A DNA stretch of 59,501 nt, the filler included, from Porpidia crustulata (taxonomy: Eukaryota), in NCBI GenBank assembly GCA_964255105.1. It is 5 parts of 5 records of this genome, joined end to end, with 100 filler letters (N's around TTAATTAATTAA, not from the genome) between each part and the next. Parts side by side here need not be neighbours in the genome. Positions count along the whole stretch, not along the records: positions 11,935 to 23,763 come from CAXUWE010000594.1; positions 23,864 to 35,681 come from CAXUWE010000595.1; 3 more parts are not named here. One strand, 5' to 3'. Positions 12,621-24,299 of the stretch are shown here, piece after piece (position 1 is the stretch's first letter; every line of letters begins with the position of its first letter). A model generated the notes under the pieces. That model saw nothing but the letters and a program-made list of their open reading frames with translations, was not told the origin of the DNA and did no database searches. Position numbers and translations under genes: made by a program.

Positions 12621-15093
12621 TCATATCTCCGCCAAGGGCCGGGAATTCCTCCTAGCTCCACTGGAGCTTCCCTCTCCCGGCCCACTATCGCCGGAACTTA
12701 CCCTAGCGCTATTTCCTGCATCGGCCGTGGGCCCTCCACTCACCGTTTCCCGTCCCTCACCCTCATTACCGGTGGACCCCGATTGCTCTATCCTCGGCCC
12801 CTCCTGTTCCCTCCGCTCGAGCCTCTCCCGTTCCTCCCTGTCGTGCTCCTCGGCCGCTTCCCTCAATCCCCGCTCGTGCCTCGCTAGAGTCTCTGCCGCG
12901 CCACGCGCCGCCATGTGGCGTTCGCCTACCCCGGGGACCAAGCTGGCGATGAAGAGCGCAATGGCACGCTCGACGCGACGGAGCATGCTACGGAAGGGTG
13001 TTTCGGTGGCTCGGATGCGCTGTTCAAGCTCCAGGATTCTTCGCTGCGCATTTTCCACCGTAGGTTCCTGCTCTGGTGGGATGCGGTAGCCCACCTGGTC
13101 ATTTCGCAGTATCCGCTCTAATTGGTCGTTTGTCCCGATCGGTAAGAGACCTACGGCATGACGGCGGAGAGGTTCCCAAACGTGCTGGAGGACGGGGCGA
13201 AAAATGCCTGTTTGAGCAATGAAGACTAGGAAGGCGCAGAGGCCCAGAAGGATGGCACGGCGATAAGAGCCACCGGCTGTGAAGAAGTAGACAAAGCCAA
13301 AGAGACGAATGAAAAGCCAGAGATGGCCACCCAAGGGGATAAGGATGCGGAGAAGCTCGCGAGCTTGGTTCGCTTGTTGTTGCTGTTGCTGCTGATGTTG
13401 TACTTGTTGGTCTTGTGCTGGGTCAGGGTTATTTATTAATGGTTGCCCAGCATTGGCTTCGTCAGGTTGAACGGTGGGAAGTGGTGGATTTGTCGTAGGT
13501 ATTGGAATTTGAGGGACCATTGTTGGAAGTGAACCGTGGCCCATCGCTGGCATTCCTGGCTGGAGCCAAGGTGTACCGTATAAGCCTGAAGGCGAGACTA
13601 GAAGAGCCTGTGGGCCATTTGGAGAGGATAGTACGTAGACTGTAGATGAGGGAGCTTCTTGCGGTCTTTGTACAGGTGCCGGCCGCCGCTGATCAGCGAC
13701 AACTCTCATCAACAGGCCAGTGAGACTGGTACGGAGTTGGTCGGCTTGCGTAGATAGATTATCAAGTCGAGTTCGGAGGGACGCCTCAATGCCAGGTGGC
13801 ATATTTCCCTGTTGATTTGCCATAGAGGTCAAGTGTGCTTGTGCCTGCTGGAAAATGGATTCAGCCGGCGCAGTGCCGCTTGCCAGGGTCGACTCCAGAG
13901 CTGAAAGATGCTGTTGAAAGTCTGGGACTGTATTGGGTAGCGAGCTACCATTCGCAGATGGCTGATTACTTAGGAATACCCCAGGAGCTGCTGTTTGAGG
14001 AAGCCGGGATCTCTCGTTACTGCTTGCCGGAGATGCACGAGCGCTCGGTTCAGGTAGACTAGGATTTGAGTGCTCATTATTACTTCTAATGTTATGATTA
14101 TTGGTTATCGTGGACGTAGTCTCCACCACCACGCGCCATTCGCCATTTGGCCCCTGGTTTTCGCGGACAGTTCTGTTGGTATCCGTGGGGGCAGAGTTAT
14201 GGTTTGTGGTGTTTGACGTTGCCCCGTGCATCCCAGGAGGCATATGAGATTGTGAGTTTCCCTGCATTCCGTTTCTTGGTAAACCTCCGAGACCATGAAG
14301 CCCAGCTGCAGCTCTCGCTTGCTGCTGTTGCGCTATTATCTGAGGAAAGCTAGATTGTTGCCATTGACGTGCTTGATTTGAATTCGGAGTCGTATCTGGT
14401 GGCAGGAGTTGTCCAGCTACAGCACTTTGAGCTGCTTGTATTTGTTGCTGGACTAAGGCCTGGATTTGAGAATTGATTACTTGTTGGATTTGTGGTGGTA
14501 GTTGGCCTGGCGGAAAGTGGACGTGGCCTACATGCGGCTGTGCTTGATTCGGTTGTGGAGTGCTTCCCATCCGAGCTGTTTGTGCGGGCTCAGGAGCTTG
14601 CTGGCCTTCTTGCTGTTGCGCTGGAGACCCTGTTCTAGCATGGAGATTGTGCGGGAAATTGGGTGGGTGACTGTGGACGGCGTTCGCTGGCGGTGCAGAA
14701 GAGCCAGCATGTGGTCCGACAGTTGGGGGTAGGACGAGATGCAGTGATAAAGATTCTGAATTATCTATCTACACGTGTGTTAGCTCATGTGATAAAGTCA
14801 ACAGCGAGGATTTAAACCGTTTCTTGAGTGAAAACCTCTCTCAAAGTGCGTCTCTCCTGGACCAAGGCTTTGCCTCTGTAGATCAATCGCTGGCGCTCAG
14901 GTCCCGGTCTGCTCGCGACTTTGTCACGGATTTCATATTTGAGTTCACCAATCGTCATAGCTACAGGCATAACGGGGAAGGTGATTTTGTTTGGGACTTC
15001 CACCGAAGGTGAAAGTACGTGAAGTACAACGGTCTGACGATGAGGCCTGGGTTCCTTCGATGAAGCATCATTACTTGAGCTTGATCCCTCCAT
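12621..15093 (-). CDS. Ubiquitin-like-domain ER membrane protein, HERP/Usa1-like (ERAD scaffold candidate); exons 15093-14818 and 14768-12621
   Basis: N-terminal UBL (TIGELKYEI...PERQRLIYRGKAL...SLHLVLPP after splicing), a long Q/P-rich region, a hydrophobic hairpin (HLWLFIRLFGFVYFF...AILLGLCAFLVFIAQTG) and a C-terminal LFIASLVPG motif. Confidence 0.75.
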
Positions 15094-15421
15094 GCTGAGA
15101 CGAGGAGAGCCCTGACGAGGGTTCCCTAATGCCCATGAGCCATGTGACGGTTTTGATAGGCTGTATTATATTCTCAAAGGGTAGTTGTGAGGCATCTTTG
15201 AAAGTCGCAGAGTTATGTATATTCTATGTGATAGCGTTTGTTGACTTGCAGTACCTAGTGATCTGGCATGTATCAAACGGCAAGTGCCGGCTTCCCTGCT
15301 CAGTCATGATCGCCGCATCGCACTCCGCACTGGTTCCGCTAAAGCTAACACGGCTGGATGAGATGGGCTCACAAGCTTGATAACACTAAATCAATGGTAT
15401 AAATGCAACTTCTTGTCAAGC

Positions 15422-17202
15422 ATGGCGATTCCAGCAGCTAAGGCAGTCTCTCTGTATTGCAGGCTCAATCCTCTCAAACTACCTTCAAGACCTCGGGGCT
15501 ATACTTGCATTTTCTGCCAGCAAAAACAACCAACCCGACGCCGCTTCGCAACTACGGCCAAGAGACTGAGCGCAGAAACAAAGAAAAGTAACCGGGGGCC
15601 CTTTGCTTCGAGGCTTCGTACCGCACTTCGCGATACCAAAGTCGAATGGCGTCCCATCCCCATTGGATTAGGGATCGCCTTTCTTGGAGCTGCGCAATTC
15701 TACAGGGTTCGGCAGCGCGAAAAAGGGCGGCAGCAGGAGGGTGAAGAACAGGAGTACGAAAAGGGTGAAAGCAACGGGGAGAGTACGGAAAGGCCCATAA
15801 AACGAAAACGTGTGCGGCCTAGTGGGCCATGGTAATATAATGATGATTTGAAGAATGCCAAGTAGTTGAATGTCTGACGAATTTATATAGGCAGGTCCAG
15901 GTCATGTCTACTCTGCCTCTGAAGGCAGTATCAAGGCTGTGGGGACGATTCAATGAGCTTCAAATCCCATACTATCTCCGTGTACCAGGTTTCAAGCTGT
16001 ACTCTTGGGTATTCGGGGTAAAGTGAGGCATTCAGAAGATTGTGCTTGCTTAAGCAATGGCTGATGGAGTCAGTTTGGCTGAAGTATCAGAGCCCGATCT
16101 TCACATCTATCCCAACCTTGCTTCGTTTTTCTATCGGACCCTAAAACCGGGAGTTCGTCCACTTGATGACAAACCCTCCGCGTTATTGTCGCCTGCTGAT
16201 GGACGTATACTGCAATTCGGGATGATTGAGAATGGAGAGGTGGAACAAGTTAAAGGTATGACATACACTCTAGAAGCTTTACTAGGCACTACACCCCCAG
16301 AACCATCGCAGTCGCCTACCGCAGCAGACAGAAGCCCGAAACGTGGATCAACGATCGCCAAAATTGGGAGCGAGGATATTATCAGAGCCGATGAGGAATT
16401 TGCAAATGTAAACGGCATATCTTATACCTTACCTAATATGTTCTCTGGCCCGCAAAGCCAAGAAGAGAGTCCTGCAATGGATGCTTCTACGACGCCGAAA
16501 TCGTCCTCTGAAGCTGAGGTTCGTGCGGACCTTGCCTTGGGTGATGGAACCCGAGCATCATGGTTCTCACCAGTATCTACGAAAGTTCCAACGGCATTGT
16601 ATTATCTGGTTGTGTACCTAGCTCCAGGTGATTATCATCGGTTTCATTCGCCCACGTCGTGGGTTGTGGAAAAGCGCCGGCACTTTGCCGGCGAACTCTA
16701 CAGCGTTTCTCCCTACCTACAGCGAACGCTTCCCGGGCTTTTCACTCTGAATGAGCGGGTCGTGCTGTTAGGTCGCTGGCGGTGGGGCTTTTTCAGCTTC
16801 ACTCCCGTTGGGGCCACGAATGTCGGCTCGATCAAGGTCAACTTCGACCGCGAGCTGCGCACGAACAGCCTAACGACAGACACAGCAGCGGATCGGGCAG
16901 CCGAAGAAGCCGCTAAGCGTGGCGAGCCATTCTCCGGCTTCGCAGAAGCTACGTATGCAGAGGCCAGTAAGCTCTTGGGGGGGCACGCGTTGCGAAAGGG
17001 AGAAGAGATGGGGGGCTTTCAGTTGGGAAGCTCAATCGTGATGGTTTTTGAGGCCCCGAAAGGGCGCCGCGAAAGCTTTGATGAAGGTTGGAAAGAGGGA
17101 AGCAGGAAGGGTGGCTGGCAGTGGAGCGTTGAGAAAGGTCAAAAGGTCAAGTATGGTCAAGCTATCGGATGGGTGGAAGAACCGTCTTCAGATCTCCGAT
17201 GA
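15422..17202 (+). CDS. PSD1: Mitochondrial phosphatidylserine decarboxylase proenzyme; exons 15422-15831, 15891-16022, 16074-17202
   Basis: R-rich presequence and a TM segment, then [48 protein letters not shown] and the autocleavage motif FQLGSSIV. Confidence 0.95.
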
Positions 17203-19917
17203 GAATCGGCTGATGCAATTCTCGACCGGTGATAGGAGCTTTTGGCCCCTTTGAGACATTTTTGGATGCCCCCAATTTCCGAATTTACATCAATTTCATA
17301 TGCAGGAACCAATAATCTCTCATTCCCGATCGCCTTCGCTCCTCTCTACCATATGAAGTGTGCAGATTTTTCTCTCATTCTAAGTTTCCCGGCATTAATA
17401 TTCGCCAACTCAGCGGCAAGCTGCGTGACGGGGTGGGTATGTCTCAAGATCAATGATGAACTCATTTCACTCGCGCCTGACTTAGGTACCCAAGCAAGAA
17501 TTAAGGTATGATCAATGGTCTAGGGAACGGTGGTAGTACGTTTCTATCACCGCGCTCTTTCTCCACTAACGGGCCCTGTAATGCCCAGACTCCAACTGAC
17601 GTTAGCATCCAAGTATACTCTATCTAAGGCCGGTAAACATGGAAGGAGCCGACTAAATAGAATATTTTTCACCTTAGTATAAGACTTATAGCAAAGCCAT
17701 CGGCTTTTTCTTCAAAACACTAGAAGATCGAAAAGGTAGGGTCGGCCTTGGAGTATTTGTTTCGCTTTGCCCCTTGTACTGGATTTGATGATAGTGTACG
17801 TCAATACTAACGTATGAAATATATCCATATTTCTCGAATGGATCGAAGCTACGGAACTTAAGCTGGCCCTCGCTATCTACATGGACTAGTCGTAATCATT
17901 AAAGGGTTTGAGGGTGCATGGTATCTTAATGGCCGAGCGAAAAACCATTGTGTAAGCAATGTTGATACAACTTATCAAGCTTCAGATGTCCAGCAGGACC
18001 GCTATGTGCCCCTGTAAATTAAGGTGAGTAAGATTAGAGGCAAAAAATATGACACCGAAGCTGGCTTGCAGAATAGCCAGCTCGAAATTCGAAACGATGC
18101 TGGTCGTCTTCGACCTTTGACCGTAGGATACGCCTCAGACTCCCTCGCATGGCAACTATTTCATGATATCTCATTTCTCTCTTAAGCTTTCTGACGCTGC
18201 TACCTAATTACCAAGATGATATGTGCAGCATGCAATTAAGAAAAGATGTTACGATATCGAAGAAACAATTGATTATCGTATAGGTTCGATCGCACAATTA
18301 GAGTTCTTTATGTGCATGGCAGTAACGTACTGGTAACGAGAACTTCAATGTCTCGAAAGAAGGATATCCGGTGTACACGATAAATACTATAGAGAGAATC
18401 CTCCTTGCGGAAAGTACCATGCGTACACACATTGAAGCATCTATAATCTTCATTGATAAGTGTCGAATCGGTCTATGTTGCTACGGCCAATAGGAAGCCC
18501 CATACGGTGAAAATCGCGTTCAATACCTGGGGAGAGAAGGCGCTCACTTCGTATATTTTGCAGACTTTGTCCGGGACGAAAAGCTTCCCCCATGAGAGTA
18601 AGTCGGCAGCGATCGGAGCAGGACCGTTAGATGTAGCCAAGGCTTTCCCAAAGAGTAGCAATTTGACCCATTCAAAGGTCCTGGCAACTCGACTGTGGTC
18701 CTTTGCGTCACTCTAGGAAGTGGACTGACCGAGAGAAGACCCACAAAGCTGTGCAGAACGATTTACGGCTGATTTAAGTTTATTGTACAGCTGTAACCTT
18801 TGCTATAAGTCAGGCATTATTTTACTGCATATCCCAGATAGACGATTGGATTATCTGTAGTGATGAGGTTTTGTTGACGAATACTACGTTTGTACATACT
18901 CTTATTGCTTAGCAGTCGTGGCAGTAGCTATGGCTACGCTACGAGCTACGATACCAAATGGGGTGGTTGACCTATAATATGGATCATATGTATATATTTG
19001 TGGTTGTCGATTGGTGCCTACCTTGCTTTGTTTACCACCATTTTAGCAAACAACACTTCTCATGCTCATCCTTCCCCCTTCTAAACACCGTAGATACTCT
19101 TCTCGTCGTTCTTCTCTCTCTCACTATTTCCCCTTTCACCAAAGCTACTTTCATATCTCCGACACCTTTCTCATTGCTAAGTACCGGTCCTGCATCATTT
19201 TCCCCATATTGTTTCGGCAATTTCACTCCTGCGTCCACCGCCTCTTCTGCCGGTGGCCGTCTCACCCAGTGTTGCACGCATACTTTGTTACTATAAGATA
19301 CTTCAATTTCCAGCTCATTGTCTTCTTCTTTCTTTCATCACTGAAAATCCTGTGAGAAGGCCGCTTCTCAGTATTGGAGTGGCCGTCACACAGGAGTTCC
19401 TAGTCTTGACTTCACTTTCAAAAGTTCAGGTCACCTGAGACAGGAGGACTGATCAGTTTTGGATCTCGATAATTTTCTCAGCCACTCGCGGTGCAGTCAA
19501 TTGGTATGTTGTACTTTGTCAGACATTTCTCCCTCTTGGTCCATCATGTATCACTTGCCCCACCACATTGGTGGCACAAAGCGCGTGCCCCGCCAACAGC
19601 ACAATTCCCCCATTCTTCTATTCGGCAGACTGCCACCTCACTAGCCTTTTGTTAGCTTCTCTCCGATCTTGTCGAATATATTTCGTGTTAGAACTCAAAG
19701 GAATTTTTAACTAACGCTTTAGTTTTGGCCGCCAGCTTGAAATCCCATATCTCGGCGATCTCGTACAGCCCAACCAATTGCACACGATATATCGGTGTAT
19801 CCAAGGCTACATCACTCACGATATCTTCTCTATTGTGCCTAGAACCAGATTCTAATAAGCAAGGATCGTATCTCCAACGTTCTCTTACTTCACCCTTTGA
19901 CCAATTTTCGCGCAACC

Positions 19918-20090
19918 ATGACAGGAAGAGGCCAAGGCCGTAATCGTGGCGACCGTGGTGGTGGTAACCGTGGCACCGGCGGTAGCCGTGGTGGAGGTGG
20001 TGGAAGTGGTGGTGGATATCGTGACGACCGTGGCGGAGGATTCCGTGGCGACCGTGGTGGAGGTGGCCGAGGCCGCGGTGGCTTCGATGG
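19918..20090 (+). repeat. RGG/GRG low-complexity coding repeat in Argonaute exon 1
   Basis: Recurrent CGTGGC/CGTGGT/GACCGTGG units encoding GRGQGRNRGDRGGGNRG...FRGDRGGGGRGRGGF. Confidence 0.85.
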
Positions 20091-23000
20091 ACCCGTTCCC
20101 CTTTACAGGTAATCCTCATACTTCCTATCCCATATCTTTCTGATACCCTGACCTAGTCTCGTTGACAGCCCAAATGAAGATCTTGAACAGCCGGACCCAC
20201 AGGTTCAGAAACGAGAAGATAATATCGTTACAGCCCAAAAGAGCTTGTCTTTGAAATCTTTGTCAATTTCTAGATCCAACTTACCGGACAGACCGGGCTA
20301 TGGATCTTCTGGTCGCTCAATCATCCTACGCACGAACTACTTCCGTCTTTTGCCCAAGTCCGATCAGAAACTCTTCAAATACAAGGTCGCGATCACGCAA
20401 AAAGTCAAGGATACAGATGGCAAAGAAAAGGAAGAAGCGGTAACAGCTGCCTACAAGCTACGCCGTGCTTTCACGCTGTTGCTTCAAAATACAGGATCTT
20501 TCCAGGAGCTCGGCAGCGGAGTGGCAACTGATTACAATGCTATGATTGTCACGTCCAAAGAGCTAGATCTAGGGGATGATGGCCGAAAAGCATTCCCAAT
20601 CGTCTTCTTCGACAAGGAAGGTATTCTACCAGGTCATACGCTTCAAGCGGGGGCTCCGCGCACCAGAGACTATATTGTGAGGATAGAAGCCAACGGGTAC
20701 GTTGCAATTCCAGAGCTCCTGGACTATTTAGACGCCCATCCAGCCAGCCAAAGCTCGAACTTCGAGGGCAAGTTAAAAACACTCCAATCCCTTAACGCTA
20801 TCATGGCACAGACCCCAAACGAAAGTAGTAACCTTGTCACCAGTAGTGGCAATAAGTTCTTTCCTTATCCAGCGTCTTATCCTAATCGAAGGGATCGAGA
20901 AGGCAGACTTCTGCTCGAGAACAACCTCGGTGCCGGTCTAGTTGCTCTACAGGGGTACTACAGCAGTGTTCGCACATCGACCTTGCATGTTCTGCTCAAC
21001 GTCAATGTTTGCACTTCGGGTTTCTATCCTGCTATAAATTTATTGGACCTCTTCCGTTTGCGCATGGAAGCAATTACGAAATATCTAGATTATGGAAAGA
21101 TAGAACCGTTCATCAAGCTACTTCGCGTATCAATAGCTCACAGCAAAAACGCTGGTGTCACTGTCACGCAAGTCAAGACCATTCGTGGATGTTCACGACC
21201 CCCACGCGCTCGAGGCCTACACAGCAATGCGGAACAGATCAGATTCAAGGCTCAGGGCTGGCAGGCGTCCCAGGAAGACCGAGATTACCGTAGAGGAATA
21301 CTACCGAAGAAAGTACAACATATGACTTGAACACCCAGATGTCGCTCTGATAGATGTCAGCGCCGGAGATAAACCGCCTACCTACCTACCGCCTGAGCTC
21401 TGCCAAATTCTTCCTGGGCAAATATACAGAAAGAAGCTGAGTAATGATGAGACGTCTCAGATGCTCAAATATGCGGCTAGACCACCGACAGGCGATGCAT
21501 TGCTTATCATGAACAAGGGGCTAGACGTTGTCGGCGTATATGGCAGCAAGAACAAAACAAATCCGATCCATGCCGCATTTAGGTTGTCAATCAAGCCAAA
21601 GATGATAACAGTCAACGGAAGGATCTTGCCCGCACCTAGAATACTGTATAAGACTGCCAAGATGGAAACTTCGCCTCGAGACGGTAGCTGGAACATGTCC
21701 AATCTCCAATTCACAGTACCCATGGTCATCAACAACTGGTCGTACATCGAATTCAACCTCCCAGATATTCAAGAAATAAGATCGGAAGAGGAATTTCGAC
21801 AAGACCTTCGAGTCTTCCAGGAGACTCTTCGTGAATGCGGAATATCCGCCGGGCGCCCGGTTTATTCTCCAACTCATCATATAAACTTGTTTGCGGATAA
21901 GCAAGGGAACATGAATGAGGATAAGAACGATCAGGTCATCAGAGCTTACTTCAAGGAAATAGCGGAGACGACGGCGGCTAGGATCTTGCTCGTCATTTTA
22001 CCAACTAAACATGCAGGAACATATGCTCGCATCAAATATTGGGCCGATGTGATTTACGGTATACACACCGTATGCGTAAATGGAAATTATAGAAAATTCT
22101 ACAATAACCAAGGAAGGTCGCAACAACAGTACTGCGTAAACGTCGCGCTGAAGTTCAACCTGAAGGCAGGAGGTGTCAATCAGTCTTTGCCCGCGAATAA
22201 CATGGGATTGCTTCAGGATGATAAGACGATGGTCGTCGGTATCGACGTGACGCATCCTTCTCCGGGAAGCCTCGACGAGACGCCGAGTATCGCAGGCGTC
22301 GTTGCTAGTATTGACAAGCGGTACGCTCAGTGGCCAGCCAGTATTCGCCCTCAGACGAGCAAGCAGGAGATGATGGATAGTCTGGATCAAATGGTCACTG
22401 AGAGACTACAGTTATGGAGAAAGAACAATGGCGGCAAATTACCTGAGAAAATCATCGTGTACCGCGATGGGGTTTCCGAAGGGCAGTACGAGACCGTGCT
22501 TCAGATCGAACTGCCTGGATTTCAAACGGCATGCGAGAAACTCTACGGTAAACTACCACGGCCTAAGATATCGATCATCATTGTCGGCAAGAGGCATCAC
22601 ACTCGATTCTACCCAACTTCAACGAACGACGGCGATCGTAACGGTAACACCAAAAACGGCACCGTGGTGGATCGCGGCGTAACAATGGAAAATGGCTGGG
22701 ACTTCTTCTTACAAGCCCACCACTGCCTCAAAGGGACCGCCAAACCGGCCCATTACGTTGTGATTCGCGACGAAATCGGTCTAGGAGCAGACGTCCTCGA
22801 GCAGATGGTGAGTCATCCGCTCTATCTTTCCGACACCGAGTGCTAACACGTGAACTTCTTCTAGACCCATAACCTCTGCTACCTCTTCGGCCGCGCCACT
22901 AAAGCCGTCTCTATTTTCCCGCCAGCTTACTACGCCGACCTCTTGTGCGAACGCGGACGCTGCTACCTGCAGAAATCGCTGGCTGCGGATACCGGAAGCG

Positions 23001-23095
23001 TCAAACCCGGACGGAAGTTTGATTGGAAACAATCGGAATGGCAGCGCGAAGGCGGCGTGCATGAAAGGCTGAAGGATTCCATGTTCTACATTTAG
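19918..23095 (+). pseudogene. Argonaute (QDE-2/Ago family) disrupted within PAZ by a frameshift (~21255-21280) and an in-frame TGA (21323-21325); exons 19918-20108, 20169-22807, 22865-23095
   Basis: RGG-rich N-terminus, RPGYG..G..I.LRTNYF (N domain) and GYYSSVR..LNVNV (L1). The PAZ core EITVEEYYRRKYNI*LEHP...YLPPELC lies in a different frame from the upstream ORF. PIWI motifs VGIDVTHP, QE, YRDGVSEGQ, GKRHHTRF, GTAKPAHY, PAYYADL and the terminal MFYI are present. The Argonaute identity is secure; pseudogene versus assembly error is unresolved. Confidence 0.8.
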
Positions 23096-23763
23096 ATTTC
23101 TGGATCCTGATCTCGACGACTTTCCTTTGGGTTTCCGGTCTCCCCATTTTGAGCTTCGTTTCCGGTTTAGCGCTTTGAGCGCTATGCTGCGGTCCATGTG
23201 GACCTTAGATGACGACGACCAAGAAGCTACGAAGATTCCATGAACTTCGGAAACGATACCAAAGGCCAACACCGGCTTACGAGTTCACTCGCTTTTCTTC
23301 TCCAGACCACTTTTTCATAATAGCCCCAAAATCCAACACAGAAGCGACCACCTTGAACAATGATCCATGCAGCTCTCATCCAACTACACTAACATTTCAG
23401 ACACGAGAGCGGCTAGCCTATTGCTCACGATGACTGCACAGCCGGTAGATGTTTCGTTATTCGGCCTCCCTCTTTCGATCAATAGACAGCCAGTGGTGCG
23501 GTCTCCGCGTAGGATAGATAGCTATGAATGATTATGGATAATTTTCCATCCCGATTCTTTGAGTGTGCTGTGTGTGAGGCTATGAAAGAGATTCGCGTCG
23601 AGAGAATTGGGGTTGATTGATCGATTATTTCCCACGCGTATAGTCTTCTACCGGTATTCGCATACACGAACCTCCATGGACCTCCTTTTCCACTTTCAAC
23701 GTTCTCTCCGCACTCCCCTCCAACACTTTTTTATATCATGTCCCTGCCCCCCTAGCCCCATTC

Positions 23764-23863
23764 NNNNNNNNNNNNNNNNNNNNNNNNNNNNNNNNNNNNN
23801 NNNNNNNTTAATTAATTAANNNNNNNNNNNNNNNNNNNNNNNNNNNNNNNNNNNNNNNNNNNN
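23764..23863. other. Artificial contig spacer (44 N + TTAATTAATTAA + 44 N)
   Basis: Same 100-nt structure as at 11835. Confidence 0.98.
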
Positions 23864-24194
23864 GGGCGATGGGACGAGGGTGTACTTTTTCGATGAAGAG
23901 GAACTGCGAGAGATGTGGGGAGGGGACATGTGGCAGAGGTTGGAAGATAGGCAAGTCGTGTCGGCAAGTAACCAGACCCAATCTCGCGCTGCGAACAACG
24001 ACATCTCTTTGGCCCAAGAAACCTCTGTTGACATGTCCCCATCTTTTGAAATCGTGAGCCTGGGTGTGGATAGGAGATTGCTGATCAATCGCCAAAGCAA
24101 AGTGAAGATGTACCGGTGCTGGATGCAAGGCCGGTTCCGGAAACACGATCCATCGGGACTAAAATTACTGGGGCCAGCGAAGCTCACGACGTAA
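23864..24194 (+). CDS. ABP140: 3' end of tRNA m3C methyltransferase (Abp140/Trm140, METTL2/6 family); 5' part missing at the contig start
   Basis: The frame from 23865 reads GDGTRVYFFDEEEL...LGVDRRLLINRQSKVKMYRCWMQGRFRK, the conserved C-terminal motifs of this family. Confidence 0.85.
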
Positions 24195-24299
24195 TGGTCG
24201 TTGTTCATTAAATCTCATTCTATATACAAATCTTTGGCCACCGCCCCATGGCTTGCAAACCGACTTTTGCCTCCGGAAATGTCGAGGGAATGTCGCTCT

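Noticed and set aside
12193..13089. 298-aa plus-strand ORF
   Set aside because: It is largely the antisense shadow of the GC-rich 3' end of the UBL gene, with no recognisable motifs and a non-ATG start.
21323..21325. A-to-I editing or readthrough of the Argonaute TGA as a complete explanation
   Set aside because: Recoding the stop would not repair the upstream frameshift, and the sequence alone gives no evidence of editing.
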